DNA of 64,000 nucleotides from Eledone cirrhosa (Eukaryota). Of this stretch, positions 1 to 12,545 are shown piece after piece. The translations under genes and the position numbers were made by a program. Location: assembly GCA_964016885.1 (NCBI GenBank), contig OZ024741.1:69378001-69442000 (forward strand). The letters run 5' to 3'. The first letter of the stretch is position 1. Every line of letters begins with the position of its first letter. The notes beneath the pieces were generated by a model. That model was not told where the DNA came from. It was given only the letters and a program-made list of their open reading frames with translations, and made no database searches.

Positions 1-791
1 GTTGTCCTGTTGTGGGCAGTGTCTGGTCGGCTGACCATGCCTTGCTCATACAGGAACTGATCTGGCTTGATTTCTACAGCTGGATGCCCTTCCTAACACC
101 AACCTCATTTACAGTGAGTGCTGGGTGCTTTTTCGTGGCGCCTACACGTCCACTTTACAGTGTGGGCTGGGTGCTTTTTTGCCGTGGCACCTCCACGACG
201 ACCACCTTGCGGTGGGGGGGGGGGGCATATTGTTTATATGCTTCAGCATGTACCCATGGGAGGTCGGGTACCCTGTATTACTGCGTGACGCCAGAAGTCA
301 CGGTCGTGTGTCATTGACTTTGAGAGGTGTAGTTGGGTAAGGTCGGCTTTTATCACCTCATCCCAAGTCATCTTGGGTCTCCCCACTCCGCGGTTTCCAT
401 CAACTTCTAGTGCTCTGCACCTTTTTATGCAGCTGTCATCCTTCATACGCATCACATGTCCATACCAGCGTAACCGCCTCTCCTGCACGCAGCATTTGAT
501 TCCTCTTATGCTCAGTCTCTCTCTCAATTCATTTATGCTTTGTCGTTCACGTATATTACTGTTACACATCCATCGGAGCATGCAGGCTTCGTTTCTCTCT
601 AATCTACGTAAGTCTTCCACCTTCAGCGCCCAGGTCTCACTACCATGCAACATCGCTGTTCGGATACACGCATCATACAGTCTGCCTTTCATTCTGAGGG
701 AGAAGCCTTTTGCAGCTAGCAGTGGTAGTAGTTCCCTAAACTTCTTCCATCCCGTTCTTACCCTAGTTATTGTACTTTCTGAGCACCCACC
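1..791 (-). mobile_element. 5'-truncated RTE-clade LINE (subfamily 2): ORF C-terminus 243-791 plus 3' UTR running off the window start
   Basis: Translation [25 protein letters not shown]...MLHGSETW...RRLRWYGHVMRM...GRPKMTW is typical of an RTE ORF C-terminus. The 5' junction abuts (TA)n. The 3' UTR is nearly identical to 32995-33300. Confidence 0.92.
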
Positions 792-795
792 TATA

Positions 796-877
<82 letters not shown>

Positions 878-901
878 CATATATGTATATATATATATAT
901 A

Positions 902-1378
902 TAAAATATGTAGTTTAGAAAGCCACAACAATGCAGATGGGAAATCTCGAGGTAAGAAGTGAGTGAGAAATAGGGGAAAAGTGAAAATGAAAACAAAACA
1001 AAGGTAGAAGGGTTACCGTAGTGGAGATTTAATCCCAATATTTCGGGCTCACGCCCATCAACGGGGGAAAGTTCCAAGAGGGGGGGAACAGGCTAAGCCG
1101 GAGAAAGTTGTAGTGTCGTTAAAACTTAGTAATGCTGAACGGCTTAGCCTGTTCCCCCCCTTTTGGAACTTTCCCCCGCTGATGGGCGTGAGCCCGAAAT
1201 ATTGGGATTAAATCTCCACTACGGTAACCCTTCTACCTTTGTTTTGTTTTCATTTTCACTTTTCCCCTATTTCTCACTCACTTCTTACCTCGAGATTTCC
1301 CATCTGCATTGTTGTGGCTTTCTAAACTACATATTTTACACATTTCACAATGCTTCAAGCAAACTTTAACACCCTCTT
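902..1378 (+). mobile_element. Fold-back Penelope-like pLTR island in (TA)n with a hammerhead-like core
   Basis: 199-bp arms 902-1100 and 1140-1338 (about 2 mismatches seen), then a unique tail to 1378. CTGAT-GGGC-gtga-GCCC-GAAATATT at 1179-1203 resembles a non-canonical hammerhead core. Confidence 0.7.
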
Positions 1379-1481
1379 ATATATATATACATATATGTAT
1401 ATATATATATGATGATGATGATGATGATGATGATATATATATATACACATACATATATGTATATATATATATACACATACA

Positions 1482-1510
<29 letters not shown>

Positions 1511-1512
<2 letters not shown>

Positions 1513-2705
1513 GGAAGCACGGCCTAGAATCAAAAGGCCTTAAAATTAACCTGGCTAAGACTAAAGTTCTAGTTTGTAGGAAAGAAAATAAGGCGGCGGT
1601 CCCTTCCGGGAAATGGCCATGCTCAGTGTGTAGGAAAGGCGTAGGCAGAAACTCCATTTTATGTCCCAAATGCAAAGTATGGGTGCATAAAAGATGTAGT
1701 GGGATCACAGGTAAGCTAACTAAGAACATAGATTTTACATGTGGGCGGTGCTCTGGTGCAATAAGTAGCAGCAAGTGCCCACAAAATACTAGCTCTTACA
1801 ACTGCGCAGAGGGCTCTATAGAAATAGAAATAGTGGACAGCTTCCGTTACCTGGGTGACAAAATCAGCAGTGGGGGAGAGTGCTCTCAAAGTACAGTAGC
1901 TAGAGTCAGAACTGGATGGAAAAAGTTCAGAGAGCTTATACCACTATTAGCTGCTAAAGGGTTCTCCCTAAAAATGAAAGGCAGGTTGTATGATGCCTGC
2001 ATACGAACAGCAATGTTGCATGGCAGTGAGACCTGGGCATTGTGTGCAGAGGATATACGCAGACTAGAGAGGAACGAAGCTTGCATGCTCCACTGGATGT
2101 GTAATAGTAATATACGTGAACGGCAAAGCATAAAAGTCGATAGCTGTATAACAAAGTGCAGGGCAATAAAGATAGACGGTAGCCACGGAATAGGCAGACC
2201 TAGAAAAACCTGGGACGAGCTGATAAATTCCGACCTCACACACTTACACCTCTCCAAGACAATGTCACTGGACCGAGACCTTTGGTGGTACTCAGTAATA
2301 GAGAAGACCCGCCTTACCTAAATACATAGTAAAACCTACTACAGCCAGTAGGCATCTCTAACAAAATACACCCCCCCCCCCTCCATCCACCCCCCCCCCC
2401 CCCCCCCCTCCTATGTAAAGTTATGTTGGTGCCACACCATCCAGGCCGAAACAAATGAGATCATGTAGGTGTCACGACAAAAAAACACACAGTCCACGCT
2501 GTAATGTGGCCATGTAGGCAACACGGTAAAAACCTCCCAGACCCACACTGTAAATGTGGTTGGTGTTAGGAAGGGCATCCAACTGTAGAAAACCAGCCAG
2601 ACAGTCCTATGCGGGCAAGACAATCACTCTTGCCTCAAGTGGGAATACCCCCGTCCAAACCCATGCAAGCGTGGAACACGGACGTTAAACGTTGATGATG
2701 ATGAT
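1511..2705 (+). mobile_element. 5'-truncated RTE-clade LINE (subfamily 1) with an in-frame ~90-nt internal deletion and (GAT)n tail
   Basis: Nearly identical to 61828-63239. The ORF to 2321 lacks NELRKK...GHVMRM. The 3' UTR ends GGACGTTAAACGTTGATGATGAT. Confidence 0.95.
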
Positions 2706-2810
2706 ATATATACACACATACATATATGTATATATATATATATATATATATACACATACATATATGTATGTATATATGTATATATATATATATATATATA
2801 TACACATACA

Positions 2811-2848
<38 letters not shown>

Positions 2849-3046
2849 CATATATGTGTATATATATATATATACATATACACATACATATATGTATATA
2901 TATATATATATATATAATATATAGTAAGAAACACAGTAAACCGTGTGTCTAAAATTACAAGGGTTGAAAAACCACATTTGTTTGAAATATTTAACCAAGA
3001 AGCAGACAGAATGATAAAATATACAAACCGCCTCAATAACCATTAT

Positions 3047-3128
3047 ATCTCTCGGACAGATTATCCCTAATCTGTTTCGCCCTGAGTGTGTTTGTAACAG
3101 ATAATCCTGGGCTTCATCAGCGAGAGAT
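3047..3128 (-). ncRNA. Type I hammerhead ribozyme (canonical core) in a TA-flanked island ~2922-3280
   Basis: Minus strand reads atctctcg-CTGATGA-a-gccc...gggc-GAAA-cagatta-ggga-taatctg-TC|cgagagat. Stem I is 8 bp perfect, stem III has 7 bp beyond the core A-U pair, and the cleavage triplet is GUC. Confidence 0.92.
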
Positions 3129-3575
3129 TCTGATTAAATGTCACAAACACTATTTGCCAACGTTCACACAGAAAGATGAATTTGTCACCTCGTGCTCCGC
3201 TAGTCAAACGTGGTAAGCGTGTATTGAATAGAAATAACAGTCCAACACACACAACTTAATAAGCTCAACTTGTGAGGGACACATACATATATGTATATAT
3301 ATATATATACACATACATATATGTATGTATATATGTATATATATATATATATCACGATAAATTAATGGAGGCATAGGCCCTCGCTATTCCCTGTAAATAA
3401 TGTGCTCAAAGGAGAAGAGATCCTGAGCTCTTTAAAATACAATATGTTGAAAAGGTAACACACCAGAGAGAAATATACAGTGCGTTATCAATAATACAGG
3501 GAAAAAACCACCAGTGTATGGAATCTATAACCTATGAAAGGCGGACTATAGACACGATATATATATATATAAAAG

Positions 3576-3730
3576 AAGAAATTAAAAGATGGTTAAAAAA
3601 GTTCCATAAAGTTCTCATTTAACCATCTTTTAATTTCTTTAATATATACTCTAGTTCTACCAATTGTTGAGTGCTACTTATCTGATATATGCATAGTTTT
3701 ATTGTTCTACAATATTACTCACGTTCTACA
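3576..3730 (+). mobile_element. Short fold-back pLTR-like end
   Basis: 22-bp arms 3576-3597 and 3618-3639. The tail contains TTGAGTGCT and resembles 18503-18582. Confidence 0.55.
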
Positions 3731-3740
3731 CACACACATG

Positions 3741-3774
<34 letters not shown>

Positions 3775-4269
3775 TACACACATAGATACATATATGGAGG
3801 GGGTGAATTGGTAGAGTCATTAGAACCTCAAATGGGAATGCTCTCTGGTATTTCTTCTGGCTCTTTGCACTCTAAATTCAAATCCTACAGAAATCATCTT
3901 TGCTTTTCATCCTTTTGAGGTCAATAAACAAGTGCGTATGTGTGTGTAGTCCTTCTTTTTCCCTGGTCCCCGCCTCTTTCTGTCTCCATTTCCCTTTCTC
4001 CTTTCTCTTTCTCCCCCCCCCCCTCTCTCCTATCTCCTTTCTTTTCTTTCTCTCTCATCACCCCCTCTCTCTCATGTGTAGTTATAAGACTTCCATTACA
4101 GTGAATGTGGAAAAGTTAGATCTGGTGGGGTTATGGTAGATCTGGTTGTAGTAGTAGTAGTAGTGTATAGGATAAGGTTTCTCTCTCATTCAGTCTTTCA
4201 CTTACTCAGTGTGGCAGTGCTCACTTGTTCATATAAGTTTGTTGTTGTTGTTATTGTCAGTGAAGGTGA

Positions 4270-4495
4270 TGGTGGTGGAGATTTTGATAGAGACAATGGT
4301 TGAGATGCAACAATGTTACAGAGGTGAAATGTAGTGATGGTATTGGTGGTGGTGGTAGTAGTAGTGGAGGTAGTGGTGGTGGGGGAGGTGGTGGTAGTAG
4401 TGGTGGTGGTAGTCATGGTAGTAGTGGTGGTGGTGGTAGTCATGGTAGTAGTGGTGGTGGTGGTAGTGATGGTAGTAGTTGTGGTAGTAGCATGA
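4270..4495. repeat. (GGT/AGT)n trinucleotide low-complexity tract
   Basis: Direct inspection. Confidence 0.85.
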
Positions 4496-4955
4496 GCAAT
4501 ATGTAAAGAAAATTGGAACATGTATGTGTGTGTGAATGTGGTAAAGAAAATTGGAAGAATGTGTATATGCATGTTTGTGTATGTGAATATGTGTGAGTGT
4601 GTATGCATGTGTGTGTGTTTTTAGGGGTCAGGTGAAGTGATGTTCCCTAATTTATCATTTTATAGTATCTTTAATGAGATACATTGTTAAGATTTCAACT
4701 GTGTGTAATTTGGATAAGACAAGAACTAGGATGTTTGTTGTTGTTGCTGATGATTGTGGTTGTTGTTTGATGATGGTGAAGAAGCATTAATTTTGCAGGT
4801 GTAATTTAACCTCAGGTCATTCCCAATAGAGCATATCTATGAACCAAAATATTTCATCCATGACCCATCTTGTCATTTTAGAAGTTGGAGCTTGTGTAGG
4901 ATTATAATATCTAATGTGTCGTTTCCTTTCTCCAAGACAGTAGAATGTGATTTAA

Positions 4956-5159
4956 CCCTTTAGCATTTACATTACTCTATAGTTACTATTATATTTTCAT
5001 AGTAAACACTTTATCTCACATAATATCGAATCTATGAGGTTTTGATACTTATTTTGAGAACAATATCTTAACATAAGTATGAGCAGCCGGTTATGGCTGG
5101 TTTGAACAGAAAGAGGTGAGAGAATTCTACCCGGATACGGCCTGTTTAAATGCTAAGGA
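4956..5159 (+). mobile_element. piggyBac-like MITE family 1 (~205 bp)
   Basis: TTAA on both flanks, termini CCCTTTAGCATTTA...TAAATGCTAAGG. Four further copies in the window. Confidence 0.8.
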
Positions 5160-5239
5160 TTAAAGGCCATTGAGTTGCAACTATGTACTAGTTCTTATGT
5201 AGGCTCGGTATGAGGTGAAGTTGTTGTTGTTGATCTCTA

Positions 5240-5480
5240 ATTTTGACACAAGACCAGCAAAATTGGGGAAAGGCAAAGTTGATTAAATCAACCCTGGTGT
5301 ATTATATATACCCCAATACATAACTGGTACTTTTTTTATCTTATCAATCCTAGAAGGATAAAAGGCAAAGTTGACCTCGGCAGCATTTGAACACAGAATG
5401 TAAAGCACTCAGAATGCCAGTGAGCTGGAATTAATGCTGTAAAACATTCTATTCTGTGTGCTAATGACTTTGCCAATTTG
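5240..5480 (-). mobile_element. Degenerate SINE family A copy
   Basis: Reverse complement of the GAGGTCAACTTTGCCTTT..ATCCTT..GATAAAA..GTACCAG domain. Confidence 0.65.
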
Positions 5481-5534
5481 CTGCCTTTGCACCAGAATAG
5501 ATGCGTCTAATGATGCATAAGGTTCAGGTTGTAA

Positions 5535-5940
5535 CCCTTTTGATGCCAACATGATCAAAATTGGCTCTGGTTCTATGAATTAAAACCATCCATTTTAAAG
5601 ATTTCCTATTTAAATTAAAATCTTCCATTATAATTCTAGATAAGAACCATGTGTTAAGTTACTATCATAGAAATGAAATAGTGAATAGTTTTAGTAAATT
5701 CTTCAAAATTCTTCGTTAATTAACTGAAATAGAGTGCATTTCATTAGAAATACAGTCATACAGAGGTTAAAGGGTTCCTATTCAAATTAAAATCTTCCAG
5801 CATAATTTTACATCAGAACCATATGTTACAGTAGTATTTTAGTAATGAAATAATTAATGGCTTTAGTAAATTCCTCAAAATTCTTTATTAATTAATTGAA
5901 ATAGAGTGTATTTCATTAGAAATATGATCTTGAAAGGTTT
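5535..5940 (+). mobile_element. piggyBac-like MITE family 2 with a duplicated 3' half
   Basis: Starts AACCCTTTTGATGCCAA and ends TCATTAGAAAT...GGTT(A/T)A twice (about 5766 and 5940). Related copies at 54042-54623 and 57443-57696. Confidence 0.6.
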
Positions 5941-6412
5941 AGATGAGGAGACAGGTTGAGATTATCAGCCCTTGTTATCTCATTGGTAATATATATATAT
6001 ATATATAATATTAATTTGTTAATGAGCTGGGGATGTTCTTCAAAGTATGTAACAAGTAAGAATGCATGTAAGGAAAAAAAAGAGAGAGAATATAAGCAAA
6101 GCTTAGGGTTTAGAGAAGGAAATTGAATTCACATCTCATCACCTAGTTAACAGCAAAATACATTATACATAATGAATTATTGTATGATGTAATACCTAAT
6201 TATTAATCTGTACATTCTTATAATTTATATGTGGGGTCTGTATGTAGCAGGCAGGCACACACACATACGTATGTATGTGTGTATATATATATAAAAGAGA
6301 TCGATATATAATATAATGATCATGAGGCTCTCTCTCTATATATATACACACATACACACATACATACACACATACATACATACATACATACATACATACA
6401 TACATACATACA

Positions 6413-6443
<31 letters not shown>

Positions 6444-6663
6444 TCACTCCTTATGAATTATTGAAAAGCTGGGAGATTTGAGATCTGAAAATGTGAGATT
6501 CCTAAACAACTGTATTAATGTAATAATAGTCAATTGCTATAGATAATAGCTTAGAAAATTGAATAAAATGCTCCTAAGAGACAGAAAAATAGAAGCTAGA
6601 AGTACCTGTGTAGAATCAAATTGATTATATATATCATCATCATTGTCTTTTCATCATTATTGT

Positions 6664-6855
6664 GGGCGGTGGATTGGCAGTATCGGTAGAGGGTCGGACA
6701 CCATGCTTTGCAGCACAGTTACATCCCTTTACGGACTGAATTCAAATCCTGCCGAGGTTAACTTTGACTTTCATCCTTACGGGGCCCGATAAAATAAAGT
6801 ACCAGTAATACACTGGGATAATTGCTGGCCTTGTGCTAAAAGTAGAAACAATTAT
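6664..6855 (+). mobile_element. SINE family A (tRNA-like head, Meta-like central domain)
   Basis: GGGCGGTGGATTGGCAGTATCGGTAGAG...TTCAAATCC (A/B box-like), then CTTTCATCCTTACGGGG..GATAAAATAAAGTACCAG. Confidence 0.85.
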
Positions 6856-7224
6856 TGTTTTTATGTCAACTTTTCTATGCTGGCATGGGTTGGACAGGAT
6901 TTTTGAGGCAATGTTTTACACCTGGTTGCCCTTCCTGACGTTAACCCTTTTAGACACTTCTTACAACACTGAGGGATACTGTATATCATCATCATCATTT
7001 CATGTCTGCTTTGCCATGCTTACATTGGTTGGACGGGTCCTTTCCAATGAAGCCATTCCATACTCACAGCATTTCTTTGTCAACACCCCTGTGAAGTTCA
7101 GCATCTTTTGATCAGTTCTAACTACCTCAGCTCTAGTTTTTTACTAGGTCTTCCTTCCACTGGCATCATTCACACACAATCACACATAAAACACAGAGAG
7201 AGAGAGAGAGGAATAAAGAAATTA

Positions 7225-7267
<43 letters not shown>

Positions 7268-7743
7268 AGGTATATTTTCTGAAAGCCCCCTATCTCATTA
7301 ACAAATATTTACATATAATCATAGCTCATTAATATATCAACTTAGGATTTGTTTCTAATTACGTAAGCTAAGTGGAAAAGAATTGATTTCCACTTAAATA
7401 TAATTGTTTAGTTAATAAAGTAATAAAATCAGTTTAGCTTAATGATGCTCATCTTCTAGCTGAATTCAACTTATTGCAATGAGATGGTAAAATATCTGAT
7501 TGATTCAGCAATGTGTTTAGGTGTTTCGTTTAAGCAAGATTAAAAATTGTTACATGAATAGTACTGCTACTTGTATAATGCTAACATATTTCTGTGTATA
7601 ATGCTAACATATTTCTGTGTTAATGAAGAAATCTAGGTAACTTTGTTACATCTAGCTCACATTTTTTCTGTTTTATTCTTTGTTCATGTTATTATTTATA
7701 AATATTCATATGCATGTGTGTTTGTATGTGTATATATATGTAT

Positions 7744-7918
7744 ATCAAGTTTTATATATGAATGGCTTCTACAGGACTAGAACTGTTTCATTCAAAAGAA
7801 ACAGTTCTAGTCCTGTAGAAGCCATTTCTATATCAAACTTGATGTTTGCATTCTATTAATGTACTGAGCACCTTACTAACCATGGTTACCCCCGATTGAA
7901 CCTCTATCTTTCAAATTC
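7744..7918 (+). mobile_element. Fold-back pLTR-like island; the fold is at a GAAAC ribozyme remnant
   Basis: Perfect 29-bp arms 7761-7789 and 7798-7826, the right arm starting GAAACAGTT. The tail has CTGAGCAC. Confidence 0.6.
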
Positions 7919-7921
7919 ACA

Positions 7922-7952
<31 letters not shown>

Positions 7953-8006
7953 TCGCTTGCTCGTCTGGTTTCTGGGACTATGTCACTATTTATAAAGCAA
8001 ATTTTG

Positions 8007-8068
8007 TATCTTATATGATGAGAGCGTACCAAAGTTTTTGGTATCCTTGAAATATATATAATAAAATA
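8007..8068 (+). ncRNA. Degenerate hammerhead ribozyme (C3>A), same family as 18078 and 55164
   Basis: tatcttat-ATGATGA-gag..taccaaa-gtt-tttggta..ctt-GAAA-tatata-TA|ataaaata, followed by a terminal hairpin at about 8082-8108. Confidence 0.7.
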
Positions 8069-8469
8069 AATGTACTTTCCATTTATTAATATCATTGATA
8101 TTAATAAATATATATATATATCATCCACATCATATATATACACACACGTATGTTTGGAGGACTCTTCAGCTGTGTCAGTAGATATATTACAACTTCCTTT
8201 GTGATGGGGCCATAGTAAAATGTGCTCAGTTGGGTGCTGGATTGTATGTAGGTGTGATGCAGGCCCCATCAAACATTTGAGAGGTCAGTAGCTCTGCTTG
8301 AATACTGAGTCAATCTGTGATATCTGGTCTGACAGTTAACCAACTGTGAGTACATGATTCCCCCTGAATAGGATGCTAGCCCATCACTGAGTTAACTCCC
8401 AGCCACAGCTGGTATCCAATTTTAGCTGAGTGGATTGGAGCAACGTGAAATAAAGTGTTTTGCTAAAAA

Positions 8470-9050
8470 ATATGTTACCAGAAAAAAATAGTTTTGTGAA
8501 ATGTTTCCATCCTGTTCTTACATCGACTGCTCTGCTTTTGGGACACCCTCCTCCAGTGCTAATTAGGTCACGCAGGTAACAGAGGCTATCAATTACTTTT
8601 AGAGAGCCCTCCAAGTATTAGAAAGAATTTATAGGTATTCTTACTGCTAAATATTCCTATACATCTGTTACATACATTCTCTATCAGCCTGCTGTAATGT
8701 TTGTATGTCTATAGTTTACAGGTGCACTATATGGAATTCCTATCTACTCCTATTCTGCATGTCATATATGGCCACTTTCCAGATGGCACTGGAATCCTGT
8801 CATATTTTACTAATTTAAAAAACTTATTTTTGATAGATTTACTTTCAAATCTTTTGATATTAAGTATTGCCTTCCACATTTGGAATCTCTTCTAAATCTT
8901 CAACAGATTTAGTTACAAGAATAAGGTCATTGACATATGGGAGTTCCCATTGACAGCTGGTCTTAAACTTCTGTTATGGCCTGGAGTGCTGTTATAAACA
9001 GAAAATAGACTGAGAACCAAGCTCTGCTAGACACCAAACTGCATGTTAAC
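8470..9050 (-). pseudogene. Old, degraded RTE LINE fragment
   Basis: Minus-strand peptide EGSLKVIDSLCYLRDLISTGGGC...VRTGWK. Remnants of CQWELPYVNDL (a YADD equivalent) and PSGKWP. Confidence 0.75.
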
Positions 9051-9206
9051 CCTTTAAATATTATATTTCTAATTGATAATTTTTTAATCATTTTGAAAAT
9101 AAAAAAATTGGATGGGTTTAATAGAATAACTAATTTTCTTGTTATTAAATTAGTGTTTACATAAAATTATAATGGAAAATTACATTTATAAATATAAACC
9201 TCTTAA

Positions 9207-9410
9207 CCCTTTAGTAGTTAAACCAGCCGTATATGGCCCAAATTCTCTCACTTCTTTCTATTTAAACCGGCCATAACCAGCTGCTCATATGTTAAGGCAT
9301 TGTTCTCAAAATAAATAATATCAAAATTTCGTAGATTCGATATTATGTGAGATAAAGTGTTCACCCTGAAAATGCAATAGTAAATATAGAGTAATGTAAA
9401 TGATAAAGGG
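9207..9410 (-). mobile_element. piggyBac-like MITE family 1
   Basis: TTAA-CCCTTTAG...TAAAGGG-TTAA; reverse complement of 4956-5159. Confidence 0.8.
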
Positions 9411-9559
9411 TTAAAGCAGATTTGTATTATAGAACCAGGGGTAGTTTGAGGCAGTTTAGTATCAAAAAGGTTTAATTTGTATTCAATTACTGCTACCTCT
9501 TTCAGAATTAACCAAGAATCCAATATTAGTATGATCAGCATTTAGTTACAACATTTGAT

Positions 9560-9912
9560 GTTCTGCATTCTAATCTTGTCGAGATCAACTTTACTTTTCA
9601 TCCTTCCAGGGTAGATAAAATAAGTATCTGTCACATACTGGGGTTGATGTAATCAACTTTCCCCTCCCCCAAAAATTTTGACCTTGTGCCTATATTAGAA
9701 ATCAAGATTAGTAATTGGCAGTAACTGGTAGAGCGTCAGACACCATGTTTTATAAGTCATGGCCCTTTCTGAGTTCAAATTCCGTTGAGGTCAACTTTAC
9801 CTTTCATCCTTCCTGGGTGGATAAAATAAAGTACCTGTCTCACACTGGGGTTGATGTAATCAACTTTCCCTTCCCCACAAAATGATGGTCTTGTACCTAA
9901 AATTATAAATCA
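9560..9912 (+). mobile_element. Two tandem degenerate SINE family A copies
   Basis: Repeated TCAACTTTAC.TTTCATCCTTCC.GGGT.GATAAAATAA..CATACTGGGGTTGATGTAATCAACTTTCCC. Confidence 0.75.
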
Positions 9913-9949
9913 TTAACTTGTTAGCCCCCCCCCCATCTCATCCTTTCAC

Positions 9950-10885
9950 TCTCCTCTCCATCACTTCATCACCTTTCTCTCTCTCATATCTTTATACATT
10001 TTCGTCTCTCTCTTCTCCCTCCCCTCTCTCTCTCTTCTCCCTCCCCTCTCTCTCTCTTCTCCCTCCTCTCTCTTTCTTCTCCCTCCTCTCTCTTTCTCTT
10101 CTCCCTTCTCTCTCTCTCTCTCTCTCTCTTTCCTTCTTCCTCCTCTCTCTCTTCTCCCTCCCCTCTCTCCCTCCCCTCTCTCCCTCCCCTCTCTCCTTTC
10201 TCCTCTCTCCTTCCTCCTCTCTCATTCCTCCTCTCTCCTTCCTCCTCTCTCTCTTCTCCCTCCTCTCTCTCTTCTCCCTCCTCTCTCTCTTCTCCCTCCT
10301 CTCTCTCTTCTCCCCCCCCCTCCCCCCTCTCTCCCTTCTTCCTCCTCTCTTTCCTCCCTCTCTCTCCTCCCTCTCTCTCTCTTCTCCCATCTCTCTTCTT
10401 CCTCCCATCTGTTCTTCTCCTCCCTCCCCTCTCTCTTCTTTCTCTCCCTTCTCTCTCTTTTTCTCTTCTCTCCCCATCTTTTTCTTTGTCCTACAAAATC
10501 TTGCATCATTATCCTTAATTCATTCTCCCCGTTTCTTTTCAAACTCTTTTCTTCATCATTATCGTTCTTTTCTTCCTTCCTTTTCTCTCCTATTAATTCT
10601 CTATATTTTTCATTTACTCACTCCACCAACCTCTTTTCCTTTCATCACCCCTACTACCACCCCTACTACCACCCCTACTACCACCCCTACTACCACCCCC
10701 TACTACCACCCCCTACTACCACCCCCTACTACCACCCCCTACTACCACCCCCTACTACCACCCCCTACTACCACCCACTACTACCACCCACTACTACCAC
10801 CCCTACTACCACCCCCTACTACCACCCCCTACTACCACCCCTACTGCCACCCCCTACTGCCACCCCCTACTACCACCCCCTACTA
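9950..10885. repeat. Polypyrimidine (CT-rich) tract followed by a (CTACTACCACCC)n array
   Basis: 9960-10475 is almost pure C/T; 10650-10885 has 12-13-bp units. Confidence 0.9.
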
Positions 10886-11261
10886 TAACAAACTCCATAT
10901 CAAATATCTTAGTTCTCACACATCGACCACATCTACATGGATCAATCAATCAGACAAAGTGGATAAGAACCTCAAATTAATAGAAAATCAATAGATCAAT
11001 AGTTAAACAAGAGAGGCACAAAATCCCTGATTTTCAATGAATCTAATCCATTTCTACGCTATTCTTTGATAACATTAGCTTTGGAGATGTATATATTATG
11101 TCTTTACTTACCTGATGTGTGTATGTGTAAGGTGCATATTTGTGTGTGTGTGTGTGTGTGTACATCAAGTTATATGTAGTGTCTAACTTTGTATCCCTGT
11201 CTAAATATCTATCACTTTCTACTAATTTCTTTTTCTCTCTCCCTCTCCCCTCTGAACATAC

Positions 11262-11650
11262 ATCATCATCACCGTTTAATGTCCATTTTCCATGCTTGCA
11301 TGGGTTAGACACTTATCATTGTGAGGCATGTCAGATCAGATGACCATGTCTTGCTCATACAGAACCGTTTCTGGCTTAGTTTCTATGGCTGGATGCCCTT
11401 CCCAATGCCAATCACATTTACAGTGTGGACTGGGTGCCTTTTATCATGGCACCAAAACAACCACTTTAGTGTTGACTGGGCACTTTTGTTGTGTCACCAA
11501 CACAACCACTTTACAGTGTGGGCTGCCTGCTTTTTGTTGTGACATCTTCACAACAACTCTACAATGTGGACTGGGCACTTTTTGTCATGTCACCAACATG
11601 ACCACTTTACAATCTGGGCTGGGTGTTTTTTGTGTGGGCTGGGCACTTTT
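11262..11650 (-). mobile_element. SINE/RTE 3' tail with an expanded ~45-bp module
   Basis: (CAT)n tail, GGATGCCCTTCC motif and repeated ACCACTTTACAGTGTGGACTGGG units. Confidence 0.7.
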
Positions 11651-11789
11651 TGGAAAATAGCCAAATGGTGGTGATGATACTCACACACACACACACACGC
11701 TCTCTCAGTCAGTCTGTTTGTCTCTTTCTCTGTCTCACTTTTCTCTTATTCTCTCTCTTTCCCCTTACCCATATATCCTTTATAAACTC

Positions 11790-11912
11790 TATAGTCACCA
11801 CTCTACAATCCTATATATATATACACTATGGTCACCGCTCTACAGTCCCCTATACACTATGGTCACCACTCTACAGTTCCCTATACTCTATGGTCACCAC
11901 TCTACAGTCCTA
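11790..11912. repeat. 31-bp minisatellite, about 4 copies
   Basis: Unit ATGGTCACCACTCTACAGTCCCCTATACACT. Confidence 0.85.
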
Positions 11913-12318
11913 TATCTCACATCTAGTGTTTATGGTTAACTTTGTTTACCTGTTGGTTTCACATTCCAATTGATATCAGAACTGTTCATTAGTTGGTTTC
12001 ATGAATAACTTATATGATTTTATGAGGAAGCATTTCATTGATTGATTTATTCATGAATACATACATGTGCAGATGTGTGCAGTATCAGCAGCATGTGTGC
12101 AACAGAAGCATGTGTATGCAGCAGCAGCATGTGTGTGCAACACAGACATGTGTTTATGTGTGATTGCCTCTACTATATTATAACTTGCTTTCCTTGGCTT
12201 AAATGGATGCAATTGTATTCTTTGCATATTTTGTTATCATGCTATTATATTTTCACATTATTTTCATAATGTTTTTGTTGTTATTTAAAGAAATCATTAT
12301 TATTATTACTATTATATT

Positions 12319-12545
12319 GGGCGGTGGATTGGCAGTATCGGTAGAGGGCCAGACGCCATGCTTTGAAGCATAGAGTTATGGTCCTTTATCATCTGAGTTC
12401 AAATCCCGCCGAGGTTAACTTTGCCTTTCATCCTTCCGGGGTCGATAAAATAAAGTACCAGTCACGCACTGGGGTCGATTTAATCGACTTTCCCCTCCCC
12501 CAAAATTGCTGGCTTTGTGAAACAATTATTATTATTATTATTACT
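12319..12545 (+). mobile_element. SINE family A, near full length, (ATT)n tail
   Basis: GAGTTCAAATCCC B-box and CCTTTCATCCTTCCGGGGTCGATAAAATAAAGTACCAG domain. Confidence 0.9.

Noticed and set aside
9918-10994. 358-aa Leu/Ser/Pro-rich ORF
   Set aside because: Translation of pyrimidine and CTACCACC repeats.
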